A DNA stretch of 49,337 nt, from positions 1-49,337 of the forward strand of contig CAYZTY010000003.1 of NCBI GenBank assembly GCA_964481525.1, in the 5' to 3' direction. Made by a program: the position numbers and the translations under genes. The DNA comes from an uncultured Pirellulales bacterium. Lineage in GTDB: Bacteria; Planctomycetota; Phycisphaerae; Sedimentisphaerales; CAYZTY01. Shown in pieces: positions 26,652 to 36,264 of this stretch (within the stretch, counting starts at the first letter, position 1; every line of letters starts with the position of its first letter). The notes under the pieces are model-generated. The model did not search any database and was not told where the DNA came from. It saw only the letters and a program-made list of their open reading frames with translations.

Positions 26652-27368
26652 TTATTCTTCATAAAATTTTAGCGTATTTTCGTATTTTCGCCTGTATTCT
26701 GTTTTTTGTCCTTCTTTGTCATTACATACCGATTTAAGCCAATTTACAAACAAATCATGACGGCTGTCATCAATTCCATAAGTATGGGCAAAAAGTTTTT
26801 CATGCCGCAATTCTATGCTTTCCATTCCATTGACCGATTTTTTTTGCTTAATCGGGACATCATATTCTCTGAAATCGTATGCGAACGTTAAAGGGTCGTG
26901 GTTGTTTTTTTCTAATTTCGCGCGTGCATTAGGGGCAAGCACAAGCCCTATCCAATCTTGTTTTTCTGCGTAGTCATGAGCGTCAATGATTGCTTCGCCT
27001 AAATAGATATTATTCTCCTTATCTGCGTAAAAATCCCCACATGTCAACGCCCCCCTGAGAGGCATTTTTATAATACCTGAATAATGAAAAAAGCCGGTTA
27101 CTACGAAATGCATAGTCAAATATGAGCTTATAGAATCATCCGACATGTAGAAAAGGAAACTATCCGAAAAACAACAGTAATTATATTCTTCGGGTGTGAA
27201 AGTACGCACGGCCGCTTTGTCCTTTTCTATACGCTGAAGTATTTCCTCATACTGGATTTTGGCGAAAGCATCTAAGTGACCCGCGTACTGGCGTATTTCA
27301 TTTTTAAAACCGAGAATATCAAAATATGCCACCCAACAATTGCCGTTTATTACCTTGTCTTGTTTCAT
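26652..27368 (-). CDS. Hypothetical protein with a nucleotide-cyclase-like (class III cyclase / GGDEF / mCpol-type palm) motif pattern
   Basis: 238 aa, low GC. It has an ordered set of motifs: WVAYFDILGFKNEI (Asp17), CCFSDSFLFY (Asp69), LRGALTCGDFY, and YLGEAIIDAHDYAEKQDWIGLVL. These parallel the F-x-D-I-x-G-F, x-G-D-x, R-x-G-x-x-x-G and G-x-x-x-N-x-A-x-R elements of class III cyclases. Resemblance is at pattern level only. Confidence 0.45.
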   Translation of the reverse strand: MKQDKVINGNCWVAYFDILGFKNEIRQYAGHLDAFAKIQYEEILQRIEKDKAAVRTFTPEEYNYCCFSDSFLFYMSDDSISSYLTMHFVVTGFFHYSGIIKMPLRGALTCGDFYADKENNIYLGEAIIDAHDYAEKQDWIGLVLAPNARAKLEKNNHDPLTFAYDFREYDVPIKQKKSVNGMESIELRHEKLFAHTYGIDDSRHDLFVNWLKSVCNDKEGQKTEYRRKYENTLKFYEE

Positions 27369-27387
27369 TATGAGTCTTTTTATTTCC

Positions 27388-27403
27388 TCTCTGTGTTCTC
27401 TGT
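27388..27403. repeat. Right arm of the perfect 16-bp inverted repeat (tctctgtgttctctgt)
   Basis: Read directly. It lies in the 97-nt spacer between the 238-aa and 78-aa genes. Confidence 0.9.
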
Positions 27404-27465
27404 AACCTCTGTAGCAACAAAATATTCTCTTAATCTGACAGGATTTTTTAACAAGTCGGCAGCCT

Positions 27466-27702
27466 TCACTTCAACGAATTCAACGCTTTAGCTAAGCGTA
27501 TCTTTGCTTCAAGGCTTCCCTCCATAATTTCATCGCTGAAGACCCCCACTGCCAATGCTTTTTTCAAAACACTGTCGTATACTGCGAGGCGCTTTTTATA
27601 GGGCAAGTTCTCGCTTTTCGCAATCTCGTGTTCAAATTCTTCGAATTTTTCTCTGTTTTTTATCACGACGAGTCTGCTCCTCGACTTTTCTGTCAATAAC
27701 AT
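27466..27702 (-). CDS. Small helical hypothetical protein (78 aa)
   Basis: Low-GC ORF on the same strand as, and upstream of, the cyclase-like gene. No motif recognised. Confidence 0.45.
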   Translation of the reverse strand: MLLTEKSRSRLVVIKNREKFEEFEHEIAKSENLPYKKRLAVYDSVLKKALAVGVFSDEIMEGSLEAKIRLAKALNSLK

Positions 27703-27716
27703 ATTTTATATTTTAG

Positions 27717-28727
27717 CTATGCAAGACCAAGTGTTTCATCGAGTCCGGAAATGATATTCATATTCTGGATTGCCTGGCCGGAGGCGCCTTTTACCAGGTT
27801 GTCAATCGCCGAGAAGCAGATGACTTTGCCCTTAGCGACGGTCGCATAAACATGACAGTAGTTCGTTCCGGCCACGTCCTTTACAGCAGGGGCCCGGTTC
27901 AGAACCCGCACAAAAGGCTCCGAGTGGTAAAAATTATCGTAAAGCTCGAGCAGTTCTTCGCCGGTTACCTTTTTTTGCGGCTCACAATAGACCGTTGAGA
28001 GAATCCCTCTATCGAATGGCCCCACGTGGGGCTGGAATAGAATATTAACATCGTCATTAGCGATTTGGCTTGCGATTTGTTCTATCTCCGGCATATGTCG
28101 ATGGGAGCCGACTGCGTATGCAAAAAAGTTTTCATTCATATTGGGAAAATGGAATATTGAAGACGGATTCCGCCCGGCCCCCGACGCGCCGGTTACCGCG
28201 TTGACGATGATGGATTTTGTCTTTACCAAGCCGTTCTTCAAAAGTGGTGCGATGGCCAAGGCTGCACCTGTAGGGTAACAACCCGGGTTAGCAATGAGTC
28301 TGGCGGTCTTTATCTGTTCGCGGAACAGCTCCGGCAGCCCAAAGGCGGCGTGCGGCAGGTTCCGTTTATCGGTATGCTTCACCTTGTAATATTTCTCGTA
28401 AACGGCCACGTCTTTCAGACGGTAGTCGGCACTGAAATCAATCACCTTAAGGCCTGTATCCAGCAATTTAGGTACAAAGCTCATCGAGACCCTGTGCGGC
28501 AGGCAGCAAAGCACGACATCCGCCAGCTCGGAAAGTTTGTTAAGGTCAAGCGGCTCGACGTACATACTGCATCGGCCTTTGAACTGCCCGAATATATCGG
28601 CAAGGGGGCCGCACTCTTCCGGCAGGGCGGTTAAATACACAGGTTTTGCCTCCGGGTGACGTAAAAGAATCTCGATTGACTCCGCACCGGTATACCCGCT
28701 TGCGCCGATAATAGCTACCCGTATCAT
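27717..28727 (-). CDS. argC: N-acetyl-gamma-glutamyl-phosphate reductase
   Basis: VAIIGASGYTGAE N-terminus and the active-site segment ANPGCYPT. Confidence 0.95.
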   Translation of the reverse strand: MIRVAIIGASGYTGAESIEILLRHPEAKPVYLTALPEECGPLADIFGQFKGRCSMYVEPLDLNKLSELADVVLCCLPHRVSMSFVPKLLDTGLKVIDFSADYRLKDVAVYEKYYKVKHTDKRNLPHAAFGLPELFREQIKTARLIANPGCYPTGAALAIAPLLKNGLVKTKSIIVNAVTGASGAGRNPSSIFHFPNMNENFFAYAVGSHRHMPEIEQIASQIANDDVNILFQPHVGPFDRGILSTVYCEPQKKVTGEELLELYDNFYHSEPFVRVLNRAPAVKDVAGTNYCHVYATVAKGKVICFSAIDNLVKGASGQAIQNMNIISGLDETLGLA

Positions 28728-28820
28728 AATCAGTCCTTTCCCAGAGAAACGAACATAAAAAACGACCGCGAAGATTTGTTCTCCGCGGCCATTTTAATTG
28801 CTTGTCGCACAATCTGCAAA

Positions 28821-29246
28821 TTATCGTTTGGAGAACTGGAATCTCCGCCTGGCACCTCTTTGCCCGTATTTCTTTCTTTCTTTCATCCTCGGGTCCCGGG
28901 TGAGGTATCCACCGCTGCGCAGGGCCTGCAGATAATTCTCGTCATAATTCTTCAGGGCCCTCGCTATACCAAGCATAACCGCGCCGGCCTGGCCGGAAGG
29001 TCCGCCGCCTTTGACGTTTGCAAAGACGTCAAACGACTTGTCCGCCTCAACGGCTCGCAACGGCGCCAAGATGGCTTTTCTGTCCTGCTCCTGTGTGAAA
29101 TAGTCATTCAAATCGCGTTTGTTAATGGCGAAATTTCCTTTGCCGAGACGTATCCTTACGCGAGCAATAGCACTTTTCCGCCTGCCCGTACCCCAGATAT
29201 ATTCAGACTTCGCAGCATCTTTTTGTGCGGTTGTTTGTTTTGCCAT
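28821..29246 (-). CDS. rpsI: 30S ribosomal protein S9
   Basis: GTGRRK.AIARV, GGG.SGQAGA and a C-terminal KKYG.RGARRRFQFSKR. Confidence 0.96.
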   Translation of the reverse strand: MAKQTTAQKDAAKSEYIWGTGRRKSAIARVRIRLGKGNFAINKRDLNDYFTQEQDRKAILAPLRAVEADKSFDVFANVKGGGPSGQAGAVMLGIARALKNYDENYLQALRSGGYLTRDPRMKERKKYGQRGARRRFQFSKR

Positions 29247-29268
29247 CAGACTATTTTCCTAAAATGTT

Positions 29269-29697
29269 TTACAGTTCGACTTTTTCCGGCATTTGGGCGG
29301 CGTGATTGTGCTCCGGACCGCGATAAACCTTCATTTTTTTCAGCATTTTTCGGCCGAGTTTGGTTTTTGGTAACATTCGCCTTACAGCCAGTTCAATGAC
29401 CTTCTCCGGCTTTCTGGCCAGCATTTCCTTAAAGCTAACGAACTTGTGGCCGCCGGGAAAGTGGGTGTAGTAATCATATTGTTTTGTCTCTGCCTTTTTG
29501 CCGGTAACTTTTATTTTCTCGGCATTCACAACCACAACGCAATCGCCGGTATCCACGTGCGGCGTATAGATCGGCTTGGTTTTGCCCATTAAAAACATTG
29601 CTACTTTCGCGGCTAATCGGCCCAGAACGGCACCATCGGCATCGACCAGAAGCCATTTGCGTTCGACTTGCTCTTTTTTCGCCATAAAACTTTTCAT
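29269..29697 (-). CDS. rplM: 50S ribosomal protein L13
   Basis: MKSFMAKKEQVERKWLLVDADG.VLGRLA. The start was chosen at the ATG at 29697. Confidence 0.95.
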   Translation of the reverse strand: MKSFMAKKEQVERKWLLVDADGAVLGRLAAKVAMFLMGKTKPIYTPHVDTGDCVVVVNAEKIKVTGKKAETKQYDYYTHFPGGHKFVSFKEMLARKPEKVIELAVRRMLPKTKLGRKMLKKMKVYRGPEHNHAAQMPEKVEL

Positions 29698-29797
29698 AAG
29701 TAATTTTTCCTGTCGGCGTCGAAAACACAACAGTATATGAGCTTTGCCGGAGCTGTCAAATCCTTTTTCTCGGTAAAAAGCCCGCCTAAGATACCAA

Positions 29798-32563
29798 TCA
29801 CTTTTCGCCGTCCCCGGACGGAATTAGCGAGGTCTCAACGTACGGCTGCCCGGCTTTGTATAATTCGAGCCGCCGGCCGAGCAATTCGACCTCTTTTTCC
29901 TCTCCTGAGGATAAGGCCTGCTGCAATGCCTTTTCTGCGGTCTCGACGGCCTCATCGAACCGGCCGGCTGAGGCGTAAGCGGCCGCCAGGGCGTCCAACT
30001 GCAGGGACTTTTCGTAGCCGGTCAGCTCGCAGGCACGCCGGGCCAGCCGGATTGCCTCGGTGGGATTACGAATCTCGGTATTGGGGTGGGTGGCAAAGAG
30101 CCAGCCGAGGTTGTGAAGTATCTGGTAATCGTCCGGCCTTATTTCCAGCAGCTTTTTCCAATGGTCGATAGCCTCGGCGAACCTGCCTTGCTTATAAAAT
30201 GCTATCGCCAGATTATTATACAGCGCCGGGTCATTCGGTTCACTTTTCAACAACTCTTTCCACTGTTCAATTGCTTCATCAAGTTTGCCGTATTGAGCCA
30301 ACTGCCGGGCCACAAGATACCTTAGATTCCTCCTGACCTCGGGCTGGTCAGCGGTTAGCTGTATTGCTTTATTCCAGTTTGTGATAGCTGGGTCGATATC
30401 ACCTTTATCATACAGCAGGTTACCCAAGTCCAGATACAACTGATACTGATTGGGCTCTATGCGAACGGCCTCGCTAAAGTATGCGAGCGCATCATCTATA
30501 TTCCTTTCTTCGTATGACACTCTGCCGAGTTTTCTCAGCAAACCAACTTGACCGGGCTTCAGCCGCAGCGACTCGGCCCAATGCACAGCAGCTTCCTTGA
30601 AGTTACCTTGAAGGCTCAGGGCATTTCCGAGATTGTGGTGTGCCTCATCATAATCAGCCTTGAGCTGTATCGCTCGGCGATAATGATTGATTGCCTCGTC
30701 GAGCCTGCCTTGTGATTGAAGGGCAATGGCAAAATTGTAGTGTATGAGGGCGTTATCGTCATCCACATTTAGTGCCTGTTGATACTGCTGTATCGCTTCA
30801 TCAAGCCTACCCTGTAATTGAAATACAGCGGCCAGATTATTACGAACCAGGGCATCGTCGCCTTTGAACCGCAGCGCCTGATAATAATGCTGGATTGCTT
30901 CCTCGCTCTTTCCCAGCGATTGAAGAGCGATACCCATATTGTAATGGGCGTCTCCCGAGGTCGGCTGGATGCGAAGTGCCTTGGAGAGCCAAACGACCGC
31001 CTCAGCAAAATCCTGTTGCTCCAGTGCAATACTGGCCAGGATAAAGTGGACTCTGTAAGACTCCGGGCGCTGCTGAAGCATCTGTTCACACAGGCTTCGG
31101 GCCTCAGCATACTTCTTAACAAATATAAAATCCCGTGCCTTTACGTCGGAGGAATGAAAACCTATTAAGTCTTTGGGGTCCTCTTTGCTCTGGTCAACCT
31201 CGAATTCCTCCTTGACCCTGCCGGCAACATAACCGAGCGATTCAAGGCGCCTTCGTGCCTGCCCGTCCATCAACAGCCTGCTCTCAGAATCACCCCTGCG
31301 AAGATACTTCTGGAGAATCTGCTTCAAGCTGTTCTGCAGGCTGCGGGCCTGGCCGGATTGCTGATTTATCAGATTGTTCTCTTCTTTGGGGTCCTTGCTT
31401 AAATCATACAGCTCCGGGCGCGTGGTATGGATGTACTTAAACCGCTTGGTGACAATCCCGAGTAAAGGATTAGCATCATATTTTGTGGGATAGAGACTCT
31501 CGCAGTACAATCGTCTGTCACGGCCGGGCAGGAGGTTCTTCCGGAAGTATGGCGAGAGGTCTTCACCCTGCATCTGGACAGGCACCTCAAGGCCGACAAG
31601 AGCGCAAACCGTCGGGACTATATCAATCAGTCCTACAATCTCATTGATTTTTCTCGGCCTGCTTTGGTCAGGCAGCTTGAAAAGCAAGGGAACTTTAAGA
31701 GCACTTTGATAAATGAAATAGCCGTGTGTCCTCTCACCGCGTTCATTACGCATCTCACCATGGTCGCTGGTAATTATAATCAGGCTTGAATCGTACAGAC
31801 CCAGTTTTTTCAGCTGGTCAATGACCTGGCCGACACAGTAATCGGAGTAGGCGATTTCCCCGATGTAAAAATTCGGCTTAAAAATAGAGGCGAAAGGCTC
31901 AGGGGGTACATATTCTGCGTGTGGGTCATAGTAATGCAGGAAAAGAAAAAACGGTTCGTGCTGGTGTTGTTCAAGCCATTTCAACGCGTAGCGGCTTACC
32001 TCCTCACCTCTCCGCTCAACAATTCCTACCGTATTTAGCTCCTCATCAAACTTGTCGTTATATGTATCGAAGCCCTGTGCCAGGCCGAACTGGGAGTCCA
32101 TTACGAAAGAGCTGATGATGGCACCGGTGGCGTAGCCGTTGCGGTGCAGTATCTCGGCCAGACTCTCAGCAGACTCACTCATCTTGTAGTCCTCATTGTC
32201 GTGCACACCGTGAAAGGGCGGGATGGTGCCGGTTAACATAGAGATGTGAGCCGGCAAGGTCAACGGCACGGGCGAGACGGCGTTTTGAAACAAAAAAGCT
32301 TCGTCCGCAACGGCATCGATACTCGGTGTAGTGATGCGCGGACAGCCGTAGCAACTTAAATGGTCAGCCCGGCAGGTGTCAATACTAATGAGGATGATAT
32401 GGCGCGGCTGTGTTCGCGACAGACTCGGTCGGACTAAAAACCACACAGCAGCGATAGCAAAGACCAAAGCCACCCCCCCCAATATACGAAGCCCCCGCCC
32501 GCCTGCTGCTTGCCCGCCGGGGTGGGGCGAAACAGGACGCGAGGATTTTTTCTGCTCAGCCAT
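29798..32563 (-). CDS. Membrane-anchored sulfatase-like (alkaline phosphatase superfamily) domain fused to a long TPR array
   Basis: An N-terminal TM segment, a sulfatase-type domain (ILISIDTCRADHLSCYG, SDHGE), then more than 10 TPR repeats (A.Y.LG.....G....A...Y..AL periodicity). Confidence 0.8.
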   Translation of the reverse strand: MAEQKKSSRPVSPHPGGQAAGGRGLRILGGVALVFAIAAVWFLVRPSLSRTQPRHIILISIDTCRADHLSCYGCPRITTPSIDAVADEAFLFQNAVSPVPLTLPAHISMLTGTIPPFHGVHDNEDYKMSESAESLAEILHRNGYATGAIISSFVMDSQFGLAQGFDTYNDKFDEELNTVGIVERRGEEVSRYALKWLEQHQHEPFFLFLHYYDPHAEYVPPEPFASIFKPNFYIGEIAYSDYCVGQVIDQLKKLGLYDSSLIIITSDHGEMRNERGERTHGYFIYQSALKVPLLFKLPDQSRPRKINEIVGLIDIVPTVCALVGLEVPVQMQGEDLSPYFRKNLLPGRDRRLYCESLYPTKYDANPLLGIVTKRFKYIHTTRPELYDLSKDPKEENNLINQQSGQARSLQNSLKQILQKYLRRGDSESRLLMDGQARRRLESLGYVAGRVKEEFEVDQSKEDPKDLIGFHSSDVKARDFIFVKKYAEARSLCEQMLQQRPESYRVHFILASIALEQQDFAEAVVWLSKALRIQPTSGDAHYNMGIALQSLGKSEEAIQHYYQALRFKGDDALVRNNLAAVFQLQGRLDEAIQQYQQALNVDDDNALIHYNFAIALQSQGRLDEAINHYRRAIQLKADYDEAHHNLGNALSLQGNFKEAAVHWAESLRLKPGQVGLLRKLGRVSYEERNIDDALAYFSEAVRIEPNQYQLYLDLGNLLYDKGDIDPAITNWNKAIQLTADQPEVRRNLRYLVARQLAQYGKLDEAIEQWKELLKSEPNDPALYNNLAIAFYKQGRFAEAIDHWKKLLEIRPDDYQILHNLGWLFATHPNTEIRNPTEAIRLARRACELTGYEKSLQLDALAAAYASAGRFDEAVETAEKALQQALSSGEEKEVELLGRRLELYKAGQPYVETSLIPSGDGEK

Positions 32564-32626
32564 TTTGAAATCCGATACGACTATGAAAATTCACGCGTTT
32601 TGTCTCCAGCGCTTGTCTTTGTGTTT

Positions 32627-33907
32627 TCACCCGGCGCGTTTAATCGTCTCTACTATCCCTTTCACACTGCTCACATCGAGCCTGTCCGGGATGACATTAT
32701 CAAAATCCCCCCTTATCAACAAGAAAGCCGTCTCCTGCACGTGCTTTCCGGTAAAGATTGGCTTGTCAACCAGCTTATCCGACGTCAACTTTGCCTTTAG
32801 ATTAAAGCCCTTCGTCGGGAGCAGAAGCAAATCCGGCGCATTTTCCATAAAAGGCCCTGAATAAATCTGCTCTTTTCTGTACGTCCCCACGATTACTTTT
32901 TTGCCGTCCACTTCGAGCGAGTCGAAAAGCTGTTCCAGGTCTCGCAGAATCTTTTCTCTATCACTTTTCTCAACGCTGCCTGCGGGATACTTTGTCCTGA
33001 AATTCAGGCAAATTCTGGCCGGGTCGAGGGCAAAAGCTCTTGTTGCCTGCTCGATGCCTTCCAGAGACGGTTCAGCGGCGGGCGTCAATCTCAGAAAACC
33101 CTCCTGTTGTAACAAATAGTTGATGTAAATATCCTTTTCAAGCAGTTCGAATCCATGGTCGGAAATCATAACCAGTAAGTCTTCGTCATTAATGCTTTCA
33201 CTAATCTGGCCGATGGCTTCGTCAATTTTTCGAAAGTGCTCAAGGAAGCTGCCGTGATATCGGTGCTGTTTATCTTCATAAGCCTGCCATAGAAAGTGCA
33301 TAAGTCTGTCCGTGCCGGTGAAGACAAGTACAAAAAGCTGCCAATCGCGGCTCTCCCACAGGTAACGATACGCCCTGATTCTTGCCTGAAGTGTTTTATC
33401 AAGGTCGGCGAGGAACAAATCCAGAGAGCGATGGCCCAGGAGTGAATCCACATCGAGCCGGTAATCAAATCCGTTCAATGTCCTGACCAAATCCCTCGGC
33501 CATACACTTTTTTCTATGTCTATTGAGACGAAGCCGGAGATATGCACGCCGTTCATTTCACGGACCGGATAAGTTGCGGGAACGTTGATAACAACCGCCT
33601 TTTCCCGCCATTCATCCCAAAAAGGCGGCGCCTTCAGGTCGGTATAATTCGGGAACCTTGTGCGGTAAGAATTTGCAACCAGGTCGGTAAAGCCGAAAAT
33701 GCCGTGCGTACCGGGATTCTTTCCCGTAATCATTGACGACCACGCAACGGACGAGATTTCCGGGATGCTTGACTGCATTTGTCTGAAAGTCCCGTCGGAA
33801 ATGAGCGCTTTGGTGTGTGGCATTACCCCTGTATCGGCCAGCTCCCTGAGCAACTCGAAGGGTACGCCATCCAGGCCTATTATTATTGTTCTTGATTTTG
33901 CCGTCAT
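32627..33907 (-). CDS. Alkaline-phosphatase-superfamily type I phosphodiesterase / nucleotide pyrophosphatase-like protein
   Basis: IIIGLDGVPFELL N-terminus, the nucleophile-region pattern SSIPEISSVAWSSMITG, and ISDHGF. Its start abuts the cysN stop with 0-nt spacing. Confidence 0.7.
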   Translation of the reverse strand: MTAKSRTIIIGLDGVPFELLRELADTGVMPHTKALISDGTFRQMQSSIPEISSVAWSSMITGKNPGTHGIFGFTDLVANSYRTRFPNYTDLKAPPFWDEWREKAVVINVPATYPVREMNGVHISGFVSIDIEKSVWPRDLVRTLNGFDYRLDVDSLLGHRSLDLFLADLDKTLQARIRAYRYLWESRDWQLFVLVFTGTDRLMHFLWQAYEDKQHRYHGSFLEHFRKIDEAIGQISESINDEDLLVMISDHGFELLEKDIYINYLLQQEGFLRLTPAAEPSLEGIEQATRAFALDPARICLNFRTKYPAGSVEKSDREKILRDLEQLFDSLEVDGKKVIVGTYRKEQIYSGPFMENAPDLLLLPTKGFNLKAKLTSDKLVDKPIFTGKHVQETAFLLIRGDFDNVIPDRLDVSSVKGIVETIKRAG

Positions 33908-35137
33908 TTAATTAGTAGCGGTGATGATACCACCGGCGCAAATATTCTGGTCCTTTACCAACACAAACCTTCCCAATTCCGCCACATCATTGAATTCCTT
34001 GATTGCAAGGGGCTTTTTGGCCTTGACTACTACCTCACCCACCTCAAGGTTCTTCAACAACAAAGCATCCTCTTCGGTCACCTGCAGCGTTGACGAGTCG
34101 ATTCTCTTTTTGATTTGCTCCATTTTACAAGCGGTTTCCTGCGTGGCACAGCGGATGGTGAGCTTTTCCTCCTTTTTAAAATCAGCCTTTGAAAGCCAGA
34201 AAATAGTTGCGTGAAATTTGTCGGTCAAGACAGGCTCCTTGCCCGGCAAACAGACTACATCTCCTCTGTTAAGGAAAAGAGGCTCTTCAGTAGTTATGCC
34301 GATGCTTTGGCCGGCACAGGCCCGAACCGGCTCGGCCAGAAACTGTTCAATGGAGCGTACTTTTGTTGTTTGGCCACTCGGTAGAATTTTTACCTCGTCC
34401 GCCTTTGCGATTACGCCGGACTCAACCCGTCCGACGAAAATCCTTTTGTCATCCACTTTATATGCATCCTGAATCGGGAAAAGAAGCGGCTTGTCCTCAG
34501 CGTGCTCCTTACTCCTGAGCGTATCAAGCGTCTCCAGGAAGCAAGGGCCGTCGTACCAGGCCATCTTATCAGACCTCTTCGCAATGTTTTCACCTTCCAT
34601 CGCACAAATTGGTACATACAATTGCGGATGGATATTAATCGATTCCAGAAATTTTGCCACGTCGGTTTTTACCTGGTTAAACCTTTGTTCAGAGTACTCT
34701 GCAAGGTCCATTTTATTTAAAACCACCACGACCTGGTAAAGCCCAAGAAGTGAGAGGATATAGGCGTGGCGTCTGGTTTGCTCCTGGACGCCCTCTTTTA
34801 CGTCAACGATGAGAACCGCCGCTTCGGCCTGTGAGGCGCCGGTGGCCATATTCTTGACAAATTCTACATGACCCGGAGCATCGATTATCACATATTCTCT
34901 TTTACCGGTCTTAAAGAAAACCTGCGTCGTATCGATGGTAACACCCTGCTGCCTTTCCTCTTCGAGATGGTCCAGCAGATAAGCAAACTCGGTCTGCCGA
35001 CCAAGGTCCTTGGAAGTTCTCCTTATCTCCTCAATCTTGTCGGGAGGCAGGGAGTTTGTATCGTAAAGAAGCCTTCCAATAAGTGTGCTTTTTCCATGGT
35101 CAACGTGACCGACGATAACGAAATTAAGTGCTTCCAT
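33908..35137 (-). CDS. cysN: Sulfate adenylyltransferase subunit 1 (GTPase), with no fused APS kinase domain
   Basis: G-domain motifs [20 protein letters not shown] and NKMD. It lies downstream of cysD. Confidence 0.88.
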   Translation of the reverse strand: MEALNFVIVGHVDHGKSTLIGRLLYDTNSLPPDKIEEIRRTSKDLGRQTEFAYLLDHLEEERQQGVTIDTTQVFFKTGKREYVIIDAPGHVEFVKNMATGASQAEAAVLIVDVKEGVQEQTRRHAYILSLLGLYQVVVVLNKMDLAEYSEQRFNQVKTDVAKFLESINIHPQLYVPICAMEGENIAKRSDKMAWYDGPCFLETLDTLRSKEHAEDKPLLFPIQDAYKVDDKRIFVGRVESGVIAKADEVKILPSGQTTKVRSIEQFLAEPVRACAGQSIGITTEEPLFLNRGDVVCLPGKEPVLTDKFHATIFWLSKADFKKEEKLTIRCATQETACKMEQIKKRIDSSTLQVTEEDALLLKNLEVGEVVVKAKKPLAIKEFNDVAELGRFVLVKDQNICAGGIITATN

Positions 35138-35171
35138 TTGTGGCTCTCAGATTAAGACCTTCCCCCAACAA

Positions 35172-35993
35172 TTACATATAGCCGAGCGCCCGCAGTTTCT
35201 GCATCATATAAGCAGCTTCCTTGTCCTGGGCCCGGCCGCTTCTTTCGGAAACCGTTGTAGTTTTTAGTTCCTCAACTATTTTCTCTATAGTATCAGCATC
35301 GGAATCAACGGGGTTGCAGCAGGTATGACAGCCTATACTTCGATAGCGTTTCCCATTCTTGGCAAAGTAAAGGCTGGTGACGGGAATATTTTCTTTTTGT
35401 ACATACTCCCAGACATCGACCTCCCGCCAGCCTAACAGCGGATGCACCCGCATATGTTCCTCTTCCGCGGCTTTGGTCTTATATTGTTCCCAAAGTTCAG
35501 GCGGCTGATTCTTGTAATCCCACTCGAAATCCTCATCTCTCGGACTGAAAATCCTCTCCTTAGCCCTGATGCCGTGCTCATCTCTTCTTATGGCCAGATA
35601 CAAAGCCCTGAACTTATACTTGGCAATCGCCTGTTTCAATGCATTGGTCTTCAGCTCCGTACAGCATTGCAGCGCGCCTTTCTTGGGATTCATACCATGG
35701 TCGATTGCCTCATTGTTCCTGGCAACTATCAAATTCAGCCCCCATTCCTTCTCATATTTGTCCCGAAATTCATAAATCTCTTTGAATTTGAAGCTCGTGT
35801 CGATATGCATAATAGGAAAGGGGATTTGGCCGAAAAAGGCCTTCCGTATCAGCCATAACAAACACGTCGAGTCCTTCCCGATAGACCACATCATAGCTAC
35901 TTTTCTGAACTCGCTGTAGGCCTCCCTGATAATAAAAATGCTCTGGCTCTCCAACTTATCAAGATGAGTTAAGGTAGAACTGTTTGTAGACAT
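35172..35993 (-). CDS. cysD: Sulfate adenylyltransferase subunit 2
   Basis: PAPS-reductase-fold PP-loop (SIGKDSTCLLWL) and typical CysD length and C-terminus. The start was chosen at the ATG at 35993. Confidence 0.9.
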   Translation of the reverse strand: MSTNSSTLTHLDKLESQSIFIIREAYSEFRKVAMMWSIGKDSTCLLWLIRKAFFGQIPFPIMHIDTSFKFKEIYEFRDKYEKEWGLNLIVARNNEAIDHGMNPKKGALQCCTELKTNALKQAIAKYKFRALYLAIRRDEHGIRAKERIFSPRDEDFEWDYKNQPPELWEQYKTKAAEEEHMRVHPLLGWREVDVWEYVQKENIPVTSLYFAKNGKRYRSIGCHTCCNPVDSDADTIEKIVEELKTTTVSERSGRAQDKEAAYMMQKLRALGYM

Positions 35994-36264
35994 AATTATA
36001 TTTATCCTCATAAATCACGGTTAAGAACATATCATTATATGTTTTTTTACCCCTCTGTCCACAAAAAATACGGACGCTGCCTTACCAAACTCACGGGCCG
36101 GCTGATATCAGGCTTATTTTCAACCGCTTCACGGTAATCACAGTGAAAAATGGTTTTTTCGGAACAATGAATCGTATATAATCATATAAATCACCCGAAA
36201 GGATGAATTTCTGGTTACTCAGCCGATATTAAGATACACAAAACTAATATAAAAGGGCATATAA

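Noticed and set aside
32473-32480. Homopolymeric C8/G8 tracts in coding sequence as phase-variation switches (32473-32480 in the sulfatase-TPR gene and 4554-4561 in hypF; there is also G7 at 5820-5826).
   Set aside because: The tracts are short, several occur in housekeeping genes, and they encode ordinary Gly/Pro pairs. This fits background composition rather than contingency loci.
36012-36264. A possible glmS ribozyme upstream of glmS.
   Set aside because: I could not recognise the conserved glmS ribozyme core or pseudoknot elements. The leader is AT-rich with only promoter-like sequences. An Rfam scan would settle it.
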